A stretch of 64,000 nt of DNA from Bugula neritina (lineage: Eukaryota; Animalia; Bryozoa), in contig OZ037765.1 in assembly GCA_964035545.1 (NCBI GenBank), positions 4,102,698-4,166,697 on the forward strand, in the 5' to 3' direction. The notes beneath the pieces were generated by a model that ran no database searches, was not told where the DNA came from, and saw only the letters and a list, made by a program, of their open reading frames with translations. The position numbers were made by a program, and so were the translations under genes. Positions within the stretch are counted from its first letter, which is position 1, and each line of letters begins with the position of its first letter. Shown here piece after piece: positions 22,501 to 34,500 of this stretch.

Positions 22501-25500
22501 CTAACATTTTTAGAAAGGTTACACAGTAGTTGTGATGTTAAAGAGCTACTATCATTAATTTTTCTCTGTATCCTTCTGGGTTAAAAATTTAATTATTTGC
22601 AGTCTGTCTCTTGAAATCCAACACATCACATTTCATAACTAAACATTTGCCTTAAGAAATCTCTTGATATCGTTATAATATTATGCTAACTTTATTTCTA
22701 GGAATTAGCTCTAAGAATGTGCCAAACAAAAACTATATATACACGTTTATACGTGTTTTTCAAGTCCCACCTTCTCTAAAATATAAATTTCTTATTTAGT
22801 TATTTTGTAAACAATACGCCTTCAAGTCTAACTTTTTAAACATAATTCTTCATTAATGTTATTTCACCAGGACTAGCTATTTAATAGAAGAATTTGTATG
22901 GTGATTTCTATAGCTGCCAAAGTTATGTAGTTTTATTTTAATAACAATTTATTTGTCTCTATAAGCTTGAATATTGTATTTCACAGGAATATGGCAGCCA
23001 TGGACAGCTACTAAAGGTTACTATCTAAGCTATGGAATACAAAAGTACAGCCATATAAGTACATCTGACCTCAGAGACTGTATGAGTTTCTGTTTACAAG
23101 ATGAAGACATCAGTTATAACTGTAGTTCTATAGTGAAGGAAGTGAGTGGAGATCTATGTGAGATTATTAACAAGAGATCAGATGATACTGGAGTGACATC
23201 AGATAAGCATACAGGCTACCAGTACTTTAACCTCCCTTTCTGGTATTCAGGTATGAGAGAAACTTTTGATCTTTATTGAAACTTTTGAGATATGGGCCTC
23301 TCTTTTGTATATTTTAGCCACTAATTAGTTTATTGTTTTATGTTACAATATCCACAAGTTATGTTTTCTTATCATTACCATATAACTAAAAGTGGTATAA
23401 TGAAGCTTTATATCTATATAATATGCTGAAAATACATGGAGAGGAGTAATTGTTTTTCACCTAATGAACTTGAATACAGTATTATTATTATCAACTGCAT
23501 ATCCTACCACTAAATACACTTACCCCCTATTCACACTTACCGTATCGTACGCCGTAACAGCAAATTTCAGCCATTCTTAATGTGTCTGGGCTGAAGTTTT
23601 CAAAGTCCGCTATTAGGTACGATCTTTGACACTTCATTGGACAATTATATCCAATGAATTAACGCAAAAGTTTTTCTGTCCGTCGCAACTCATTTGAATC
23701 AAGCACTGCTTGATCTTACCGTACGGCAACACTGTACAGGAAGCTCAGACATTTGTAAAAATGGCTGATATTTGCTGTTACGGCGTACGATACGGTAAGT
23801 GTGAATAGGGGGTAAGCCTTGGGTCACACGGTGCGTATTTTCGCATGCGAAAATTGAAATCACAAGCAGCAAAGGTGTCCACTGTAGCGTCAGTGATGCG
23901 TGATAAATAGACCTTTCATTTTTAAATCGCACTCGCTTTCAATAAAACCCAATTTATGCCCATGACACACTATACAGTCGAAACTCGACAGTGACGGCCA
24001 TTTTGAAGCTGCTCGCGCATACCTTCAACGTCACGTCCTACTTTTTGCTGGTCACACTACAGTTCACTACAAGCTAACTGTCTCTAGCCCCGCAGTAAAA
24101 TTTTAACCAATAGGAATGCCATAACTCAGTTTCTGCAGTATCCACAGTAACCAACAATCAAATTTAGCGCAATTTATTGGGAATTACTAGCATAACTTAA
24201 TAAGATTTACTAGTTATTTTCATTCTAATTTACTAGCTTCACTTATTCAAAATTACTAGCTTTATTGTGGTGGCTCGTGGAGCTACCAGCAGCACAGCAT
24301 ACAGGGTCGCGTAATTGACCTGGAACAATTGATAGCCAATTAGCGGGTTTGATAGTTAGCAGCAATAATAGTTTTCCCGCTGTTAGTCAGTCGAAGTTAG
24401 AGTGCTGAATAGTCTAGATGTGTAAATTGTCCGATGTCTTTGTATCGTTTTTGTAATGTATTATTGTGTTTAAAATATATACTCGTTCACTCGACTTATC
24501 CTGGTGCAGTTCTATAGCAAGTAATTAGACTCTCTGGATTGCATATCGACCCTAATACTGGAAATCATAACAGTGGTGGCAGCGGTGGGATAGTGCATCC
24601 AAGATGGAGACTGAAAATGCTGGAACGCAACCACCGGCAATAGAAGGTGAGCGTAGAGACAATGCTGTAGAGACAATGCCTGTTAACCATGTAGTAGAAG
24701 AGCGAAGGTTCCGCGAGAACTAACTGAAGACCGCTACCGGTTAAAGGCGCCCACCTTCACGGGCGAAGAGGAGGTGGAACAATTTATCCAAGAGTTTAGC
24801 GACGTAATGGACGTCGCCCAGTGGCCCCCTAGGGTGGCCCTGCTGAAGCTTAGAATGGCATTGATGGACAAAGCCAAGCCTTATGGGCTGGGCGTAGACA
24901 TTGATAATATCTTTGCTTCTCTGCGGGCCCGCTTCGGCCTCTCTGCTACAGATGCCAGGGCCCGATCGCAGAGGTTGCGGCGTGATCTCCGCACCCCACT
25001 GCGGAAGCACGCCGCCGCGGTCATGAAGCTGGCACAGATCGCATACAGCGACTTGCCCCCAGTCAACCGCGAGAGGTATACCCTCGACGCTTTCATAGCA
25101 TCTGTCGACGATTTGGGTCTCCACCACCAGTTTCTAGCTAGGGGAGTCACTACCGTTGAAGATGCTCTGACTGAGGGGGAAGCTTACCTCCTAGCTAATC
25201 AAATGCATAAAAGTCGCGGGAGCTTCCGTCAAGTGAAGGTAGACCGCGCGGACACGGCCGCGGGACGAGAGGAGGAAATCTCCGCCACGGCTGCCGTGTC
25301 CCAGTTAGCGACGGCATCGAAAGTCACTCAACTGACAGACATGCTGGCCAAACTGATAGCAACGCTGACACCCCAAACCCCCGTAGGTACCACCGCTGAG
25401 CCCGTACGGCCACCGGCGCCACCACAGGGAGAAACAGTCAGTTTTTGCTGGGAATGCGGAAACCAAGGACATTTCCGCCGATACTGTCCCTTCCTAACTC

Positions 25501-28500
25501 CGGGGTTAAACTACCGCGGCCCGCAGATGTTCCCACCTCCTGCGGGCCGACGATGAAACCTCCAGGGAAGAAGAAACGCAGGTCACCCAGACGGGCACCG
25601 CGTACTGGCAACCGACAGTGGCAACAGCCACGACGGACCAGCAAGGGGCTCCGCCCCGCCGCTACCTTTTCCATGCCCCTCCACAATCGATTCGAAGGGC
25701 TACCACCCCAAAAATATGGATGGGAGCCAACAAAGGTAGCCGGAAATCTAGCCTCGGCACCTCCGAGGCCTACTTACCACCATCCCAAGAGACCTCCTTC
25801 GCGACCCAAAGCGAGGGAGGTACTCCCTGCGAGAGTAAGGCCTGAAGAGAGAGTTCAGGTGCAGCCCCATGGGAACAGCTATTTCTTGCCCGGTAAACTG
25901 GAAGGCAAAGCTGTTACTTTCCTCATTGATTCGGGCTGTACCACGAACCTCTTAAGCCGCCAACTCTTCGACACCCTCAGTGCTAGGGTCAGGGGCGAGA
26001 TGGAATCATACGAGGGGGAGTATGGCACCCTAGCTGACGGGTCGTGCCTTCCCTTCTATGGTATAATTGAGCTGACGGGACGAGTCCGTGATCAAACGAT
26101 CCAAGAGACGTTCATCGTCAGTCAGCTCAAGGAGGACGCCATCCTCGGGATGCCATTCCTAAAACGGCACGGATGTCACATCAATTTTAGTAGATCTGCG
26201 ATGATGATGTCCAGGCGAGAACTCGCCTGCGCCGTCAAGTTCGGCCGCCCCTTAGTGGGAGGTGTGCAGGTGGTACGCAACCGTACCATACCAGGCCGCT
26301 CCCGGACTACCATTCACTGCAGGGTGAACAATAGCCGGATCTCTGGACTCGGGGTAGTTGAAGGCGCGCACGAAAAGATCCAACTTGCCAGCAGTCTGAA
26401 TCACCTGAGGAGATCTTAGTGCAGTGCGTCAACCCCTTTACCGAGTCTGTCAAGCTTCCGGCTGGGTCTATGCTGGGCCGTTTTCACTCTGTTCAGGAGG
26501 AGGACGTAGGCCCGTCGCTCGGCGATGAGACGGAGGCATTCCCTCGGTGCCCTACTCAAGGGCGAGGGACCGTCCCAGCACATCTCCGGGAGTTGTATGA
26601 CACAGCCTGTGGCGGCTGCGCGAGTAACAAAGAACGCCAAGCCATGGCGAAGTTACTACGCGACTACGGTGATGTGTTCAGCAGCGGAGATCATGACGTG
26701 GGGCTGACTGGAGTTGTCAGACACGAAATACCGCTGACTGCAGGGACAGTCCCTGTCCGGCAACCCACACGTAGGCTGGGGCCGGAGAAGGAGAAAGAGG
26801 TTAGCCGACAAGTACGGGATCTCCTGGACCGGGGACTGATAGAGCCCGCCCATAGTGCGTGGAGCTCGCCGGTCGTACTGGTCCGGAAGAAAGACGGCAG
26901 TTGGCGGTTCTGTGTGGACTACCGCAAACTCAATAACGTAACCATACAGGACGCCTACCCCCTACCTCGTATTGACGAGTCACTGGACGCCCTAGCCGGC
27001 AGCAAGTACTTCAGTACGTTAGACTTGCTGAGTGGCTATTGGCAAGTTCCTCTGAGTCCCGACGCCCAGGAGAAAGCGGCGTTTATCACACGGGACGGTT
27101 TGTGGAAGTGGAAGGTGTTGTCGTTCGGGTTAACCTCCGCCCCAGCCACCTTCCAGAGTTTGATGGAGCAAGTCCTCAGCGGGCTCCATTGGAAGACACT
27201 GCTGATCTACCTCGATGATGTCATCGTGATCTCCCCAGACTTCGAGACGCATGTCAGTCGTCTGCAGAAGGTCTTTGAGAGACTCCGAGGTGCCGGTCTT
27301 GAGCTCAAACCTTCCAAGTGCGCTCTATTGCAGCCAGAGGTTAAGTACCTAGGGCACGTTTTCGGTCGAAACGGCGTGGCAACGGATCCCGAGAAGGTAC
27401 GGGCAATAGAAGACTGGGTCACCCCCCAAGACTTGACCGGACTCCGGGCTTTCTTGGGGCTGGTAGGGTATTACAGACAATACATACCAGACTTTGCGGG
27501 CATGGCACAGCCGTTAAACCGGCTCACCGCAAAGGGAGTGACGTGGCAGTGGAGCGTTCGACCACCTCAAGGGCTGCCTACTAACGGCGCCCATCTTGGC
27601 CTACCCAGACCCCACTCTAGAGTACATCCTCGACACTGACGCCAGTGACCAAAATGTTGGCGCTGTGCTGTCTCAAGTGCAGGAAGGCCGAGAAGTAGTA
27701 GTAGCCTACTACAGCAAGTCTCTCTCACCCACTGAACGAAATTACTGCACTACCCGCAAGGAGCTGCTGGCAGTAATCAAGTCAGTGAAGCACTTCAGAC
27801 CATACCTATATGGCAGGAAGTTCCGGCTGCGTACGGATCATGCCTCGCTGATCTGGTTGTGCAAGAGAGCGGAGCCCTCTAGTCAGGTCGCCCTGTGGCT
27901 CGAAATCCTAGCTGAATTCTCATACCGGATCGAACATCGACCGGGCAAGAGACACAGCAATGCGGATGGTTTGAGTTGCCGACCTGATGGAGGTTGCAAA
28001 CAGTATCTCCACATTGAGAGGAGAGATGGAGGTCCCCCGCGATGTGAGTTGGAGACGCTGGCTCACCACGGAGCACCGTTTGACTGGGACCAGGGTCAAC
28101 TCAGACAGGAGGTTGACGATTCCCCGGAGGTTGTACAAAACCTCCGCGCCAACCCTGTACTGGCCGATAATGTCCGAGAGCTGAGGAAGCTCCAAGAAGA
28201 GCTGCCTGGAGTCGTGGCAGACATATATCGGGCCAAGAAGGAAGGGCGACGACCCAGCGGGGAACGCATACGACAGGGATGCGCCGAGTTCCGGCTATAC
28301 TGTCAGCGTTGGGACTCGCTGCGGATCGGGCAAGATGGTTTACTAACCATCTCTCTAGCCGCCAGCGGCAGACACCCCGAGAGGAGGAGGGTAGTCTGCC
28401 CCACTGCCATCCGCCGTGAGTTGATTTGGGATACTCACAAACAGGCCCACGCAGGGGTCAAGAGAGTGATATCCAAATTACGACTCCGGTGGTATTGGCC

Positions 28501-31500
28501 ACAAATGGAGCGTGACGTCCGACTCAGAGTCAAACAGTGTGAGATCTGCCAGGCCAGTAAGCATAGCCGTCTCCCTGGTGAAGCGGGACGGCGTAGGCTA
28601 TATGCTGGAAGGCCCTGGCAAGTAGTCGCTGTAGACCTGGTCGGACCCATGCCCCTGACCCCCAGAGGCAATAGTTGGATATTAGTATTAACCGACCACT
28701 TTACTAGGTGGGCGAATGCTCTGGCTATCCCAGATGCGTCAGCCCCGACAGTGGCCAAGGTACTAGACCAACACGTATTCTGTTATTTCGGTCTCCCCGA
28801 GCAGATACACTCTGATCAAGGCGCTCAATTCCAGTCTCAACTGATGAGCGACCTTTGCCGCCTCTGGGGAGTAAATCAGAGCAGGACCACCCCCTATCAC
28901 CCACAAGGTAATGGGGTGGTGGAGCGCAACAACCGGATGCTAGGTGATGCGCTCCGGAGTCTCCTCCTTGGACGCAGTCAAAAGGAATGGGACACGGTAC
29001 TGCCGCAGGTCATGCGCGCATACCGTAGCACCCCACACACCAGTACTGGTGAGACCCCAAACCTCTTGATTCCGGGAGAGACCCGGGTACCTGACCATCT
29101 CACCTACCACGTTCCAGAGCTAGACAACTCGGTTCACGAGTATGCCAGTGAACTAGTGGAACGGATGAAGGCCGCACACGATATACTGCGCGAACAGCAG
29201 TGGAAGGTGCGGCACGAAGATTCTGAGGAACCACCTCCCTACCAAACGGGAGATAAGGTGTGGATGGTCAATTACCGTAGGCGTCGCGGACAGGCTGACA
29301 AATTAAAGCCTAAGTTCGTGGGACCCTACGTGATTGTCGAGGCTATGCCCAACCATACGTACAAGATTGAGCGCTCAGGACAGGTGTCTATCTAGAATGA
29401 GTCTCGCTTGAAGCCGTATTGGGCTAGCCCCGACGCAGTGGAAGAAGCCCCCCCGTTGTTGGAGCCCAGGAGGCAGACAACAACACGCGGGCGACGGCGG
29501 CATGGACCTGAATATGAAGTGGTCATACCGCGGGAGGAAAACTTGGTGAGAGAAGAGCGACAGCTTTTGCCAACAGAAGGGTGTCCGCCGCCACCAAGTC
29601 TAACTCCATCACTTCCAGAAATCGGGCCGGTTCTGGAAGTGCAAACCCCTACGGAGGGAGGGGCTCCATCCGGAGAACAAGAAGAAGTGACCGCCAACGG
29701 TGAAGTAGAGACGCCATTAGAGGCCCCTGCTAACGAACCGGCGAGCGTGTCACCTTCCCTAGAAAGGGGACAGCGAACGAGGCAACCCCCCGCATATTTG
29801 AAGGACTTCGTATGCGACTGCGTTAAAAGCGGCGCATATGAAAGTCTAGGGGAAAACCGTATGAGAAAAGTATCGAGCAAATGTGGGAGTTGTCAACACC
29901 ACGGAAATATCAACTGTTGTATCGGCGGAAATAGAAACAAAATTCATCCGCCGGGTGCACAAAGTCTTAATCACGCACCCCAACCACGTTGCTCGATCTT
30001 TTCATACGCTGATGCAGTCAGGAGTAGACGTGTTTTTAAGTAGTAGTTCAAACCATTTCACAAATTCAGTATGTCTTACGACAACAGATCATGGGGTGAG
30101 TTAACTATATCTTAATATGGAAACTAGATTGCATCGCTCAGCTCCGACTCACTGAGTCAATTGAGCTGGAGATAGGTTAGTGAAATACCGTAGTAAGAAC
30201 TCAGTTTGACTTAGAGATTTTTTATAATCTCATTGCAATACGTGTTCTATCTGACTATTCACTACCATAAATCTCTACGAGGTAACTGAATTAGGAGTTG
30301 CCAGGCTATTCAAGCCGACAACACGGCAGTGCATTATACTAACGCTGTTGAAACTTTTTCAGATTACACTCGACCCGCTACAACCAGGGTACGGGATAGA
30401 GCACTTCCCGCTCCGCATCCTGAGGAATATGCCAATGGTGACCGGCCCGAGCCACTGCGCCGCCGTTGGCGGTGGGTGTCTCCAGAAACAGAGGAGCAGA
30501 TAGAAACGGCCTGGGGGTCTAGAGGACGGATGCAATGCCAGATCTGTGGCGAAGAATGTGCCTCTCACCGCTCCTTGAAGCTACATGTCAACGCTCATCT
30601 CTTACTCACATTCTGCCCCTGCGGATACAACGATGTCTACCCCTACCCTGTCACCAGACATCGAGCAGAAGGCTTTTCTCTGGAGAGAATTACGTGGTAG
30701 ATGCCCAACTCTACCCAAAATTCCTCACTCTGATAAAACCCCTAGTAAAGAAGGCGATGTTAGCCGTCCTGACCTCGGGGTTCCAACGCGTATTAGACTA
30801 TGCCAGGCAACAATCTCCATTGGTATCCGACCGCCCTCAGATTGCGTACACCCCCGAGGAACTTTCCTACCCCAAAGAAGGAGAAGTCTCCCCTACCATG
30901 ACGAAGAGACGGACCAGGTCTCCCAGTCCCCCTCTGCGCCGCAGACGGACACTGTCCTCAGACCCTGCTCGCCTAGCCACAGTAGAGGAACGTCTCCTCC
31001 GACTACAGGAGGAATTTACCCAGTTAGCACCCGACCTGCTCAATACCACGACGGGGCTCTTCCAACTAAAAGGATCAGTGGGCCGGATTAAACGGAAACT
31101 ACGTGCATGCCAAGGCAAACATCGGCGTGCCCAACATTGACTTTGGTTCTGCTACCCGGAATAATCCACAACTTCGTCCTCTTGGGAGACCCAAGACTAT
31201 CATGCAAATGCTTGACTGCTCGACAGGTCGACTCTTTGTCCAATACTACAGCTAGCCGGTATTCCTCCTCTATAGCTGGCCAATTGTATGTAACTTGCTG
31301 TTATAATGACTCTGTCTGTTATTAGATATCTTTATATGTGTTATGTACTATCTTTTGGTCTACTGATGTATGTGGTTAATGATGAATGTTTTTTTATATC
31401 AGAAAGAGGGCTTTCTGCTGGTGGGGGCGGTGTGGTGGCTCGTGGAGCTACCAGCAGCACAGCATACCGGGTCGCGTAATTGACCCGGAACAATTGATAG

Positions 31501-34500
31501 CCAATTAGCGGGTTTGATAGTTAGCAGCAATAATAGTTTTCCCGCTGTTAGTCAGTCGAAGTTAGAGTGCTGAATAGTCTAGATGTCTAAATTGTCAGAT
31601 GTCTTTGTATCGTTTTTGTAATGTATTATTGTGTTTAAAATATATACTCGTTCACTCGACTTATCCTGGTGCAGTTCTATAGCAAGTAATTAGACTCTCT
31701 GGATTGCATATCGACCCTAATTCTGGAAATCATAACATTATTTAATGAGATCACCTAGCTTTATTCAAGCTCATTCACTAGCCTAAAGAACTAAATAGTA
31801 CGCTAATAAAATTTAACCAAATTAGAAAAACTCAATATGCAGATAAAATTCAGCAAAATTTATCTATTAAAGACTTATTTTCATAATTTATTGAGACTTT
31901 CATACATAACTTCATCTTAATTATTTTAAAAGTAAAATAATATAATTTTCGAAGAACCAAATCAAATAATAATGCTCGCTAGTAGCACGTGGAAAAAGTA
32001 AAAGCACTTAGCCAATCAGGGCTCACCTGGCGAGTCAGTGATTGGCTGATCGCTCAACTTCAGCGATGACAGTTTGACATGTCGAACTTTCATCGCATCG
32101 CTAAAAACTGACAGTTGCGTTCAGAAATCAGACAGTTGTGACGTCACAGAGGTCATCGCTTAGCCTCGAAAACGCGTTCAAGATGGCGTTTCGGCTGTAG
32201 TGTGGCAGCTCCATTACTGGAATGTAGCACTAAAATAAAGAAATTGGGCTCGCTGAATAACTACCAGCCAATTAGGTGAAAATGCTGAGCAATGCTGAGC
32301 GACAAGTGCGAAAGTTTTCTCAACTCGCACAGTGGACACTTTTGCTACTTGTGATTTCAATTTTCGCATGCGAAAATACGCACAGTGTGGCTCTAGGCTA
32401 ACTGTGTGAAATGAAAATTTGAAGTTACAGAATAGCAGATGATTGATTATTAGTAGTCTATTGGTATAAATTTTTCAAGTTTCTATCAAGATTTGATGTG
32501 GTGTTGTATATTCATATACATGTTGTATTGTAATATTCTAGCCATATAATAAGCTATTAAAGGAATAGTCAGAAAAAGCTCTCAGCTACATATAACTATT
32601 TTTGATGTGTGTTATGTCTTTACTTGCCTCCTACCTCTCAACTAAATTGTATGTCATACACAATAAAATATATTTGTCATAATACTACATGTGGTTTGAG
32701 TATGTGTCTTGCAAGTAATCGGAAGATTTGTTCCCTTGAATCCATGTTTTGAAAAAGTTTATTGCTGTGTCTCCTGTGTTGTTTCTCTCTCTTTATATAG
32801 CTTATATTTTGTATTCTACAGATAACTCTGACAGTATAACCAACACAAAAATATTAAATTATGGTTCAGCTGGATATGCTTTCATGTTACTCTTCAACTA
32901 TAAGATAGAAGCAGACGGATATTTAGTTGGCTGGAAGTATATGATTGGTCATTCTATTGACTACTGTGACTCATATGCTGCTATCTGGAGACAGACAGGA
33001 GAAGGTAACTCTGCTGTATTCAATCTGGTTACAGAAACTCTACTCACACCTGAAGATGTATCTACAGGAGGAATCAGATTCCAGTTTGTGCAGAACTCTA
33101 CAGAAGTAGTTAGAAAAGGGGACTTTCTTGCTCTATATGTGGAATATGAGATGCGATCTCATTGTAAAGGTAACCTCGTCTCATTTAGACCAAGTGTGTC
33201 AGAAGATCCTCTAGCTTATATACAAGTACCTTATAAAAAAAACAGAGTAAACAGACTCACAGCTTCGAATGTTTCAACAGGACATAGAGCAGTAGCACTG
33301 AGAGCCTACATAGCAGGTAATACTATTATTATACTGGTGCAATAATGTTATAGTTTTCAGAATTAGGGTCGATGTGCAACCAAGAGAGTCTATTTATTAC
33401 TAGAGAAACTTCACCGTGATAAGTCGAGTAGATATCTATATATTTTAATACAAGAATACATAATAAAAGCTAATATACAACAGTTAATAATGCACACGTC
33501 TATTTAATTTACAGCACTATCCTCAACTGGCTAGTAGCGCGAAGCTACTACTATTATTCATGAGCGGCCTAGCTAATTGGTTAATACATTGTTCCGGGTC
33601 AATACGCAACCTTGCGTATTGTGTTGCTGGTAGCTCCACGAGCCACCACACTGCCCCCTCCAGCAGAAAGCCCTCTTTCTGATAAAAATATAATTCACAT
33701 AAAAACGTATACTTCGTTGTGGAGAGAGAGAACAATATAAAAGTATATACAAAAACCAACCGATAAAATATACAGGTATATATATAAAACGTGCACAATA
33801 TGTAATATGTAAAAGAAAGTCCTATTTACATGTAGAGTACGTGCCACCATAACGGTAGGGAATGCCACAGAGAGGTAGGGGAAGAGTAGTATGGAGTTGG
33901 AGATAGACTCATGTTAACTGTGGGCCGCCCGCTTCATGCGTTTAATAGACTCCTGTAGATACTTGAGTTCGCTGGATGCAGCATGAACGCGCGGAGCCAG
34001 TCTGTACACTTCTTGCTCTAGGTCGTGTGCCCTAGCTTCTACTTCGCGTAAGTTGCGGGCCAGGGGGGACGAACGAGAGGAAGTCTGCTGTCTGTGCCTT
34101 TTTCGTTCTGAGGACGGAAGTGGAGGAGGGAGTGTATACGCCTTTGTGTCTACCCTCTGTAGTACGACACAGGGAAATGTATGCGGGTGGCGTAGAGGAC
34201 TGTGAGGTGGAGAGTTAGTTGATTGTGTAGGTTTATCCGTGGCTCCAGAGATGATGGGTCGAGGGGAGGGAAAGCCTTGCTCTAGGCGAGACAGCCGAGC
34301 TGGGTCGGTGATGAGGGGTCTGATGGCGTTGAGAAATGCGGGATATGATGATTCGTCTACTTCGTAGACATGTCCTTGAAAACACTGCATAGTGCGTTGG
34401 TGACGCAGTAGGTAATCACGATTGTAACTATATTCTCCGCAGGGGCAGAACGTGGTGATGTAATGCTGCGGCAAGTGTACTTTCAGTCTGCGGTGGGTTG

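Larger units (their letters stand above)
24266..31737 (+). mobile_element. Ty3/Gypsy LTR retrotransposon element 2 (subfamily B/mosaic), full length, defective, sense orientation in an intron of RPTP copy B
   Basis: 307-bp LTRs at 24266-24572 and 31431-31737 (~5 differences), TSD TTAT, PBS 24574-24591, PPT just before 31431; gag, pol and ORF3 carry frameshifts and stops. Confidence 0.96.
23816..32398. mobile_element. PIF/Harbinger-like non-autonomous element (~1.1 kb net) split by LTR element 2
   Basis: ~70-bp TIRs GCCT(T/A)GGG.CACACGGTGCGTATTTTCGCATGCGAAAATTGAAATCAC, TAA on both sides; a shorter relative lies at 43227-43570. Confidence 0.85.

Noticed and set aside
23699-23932. MRFKNE... ORF repeated at 43454-43681
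   Set aside because: Lies in the TIR/subterminal region of a non-autonomous MITE; no transposase motifs
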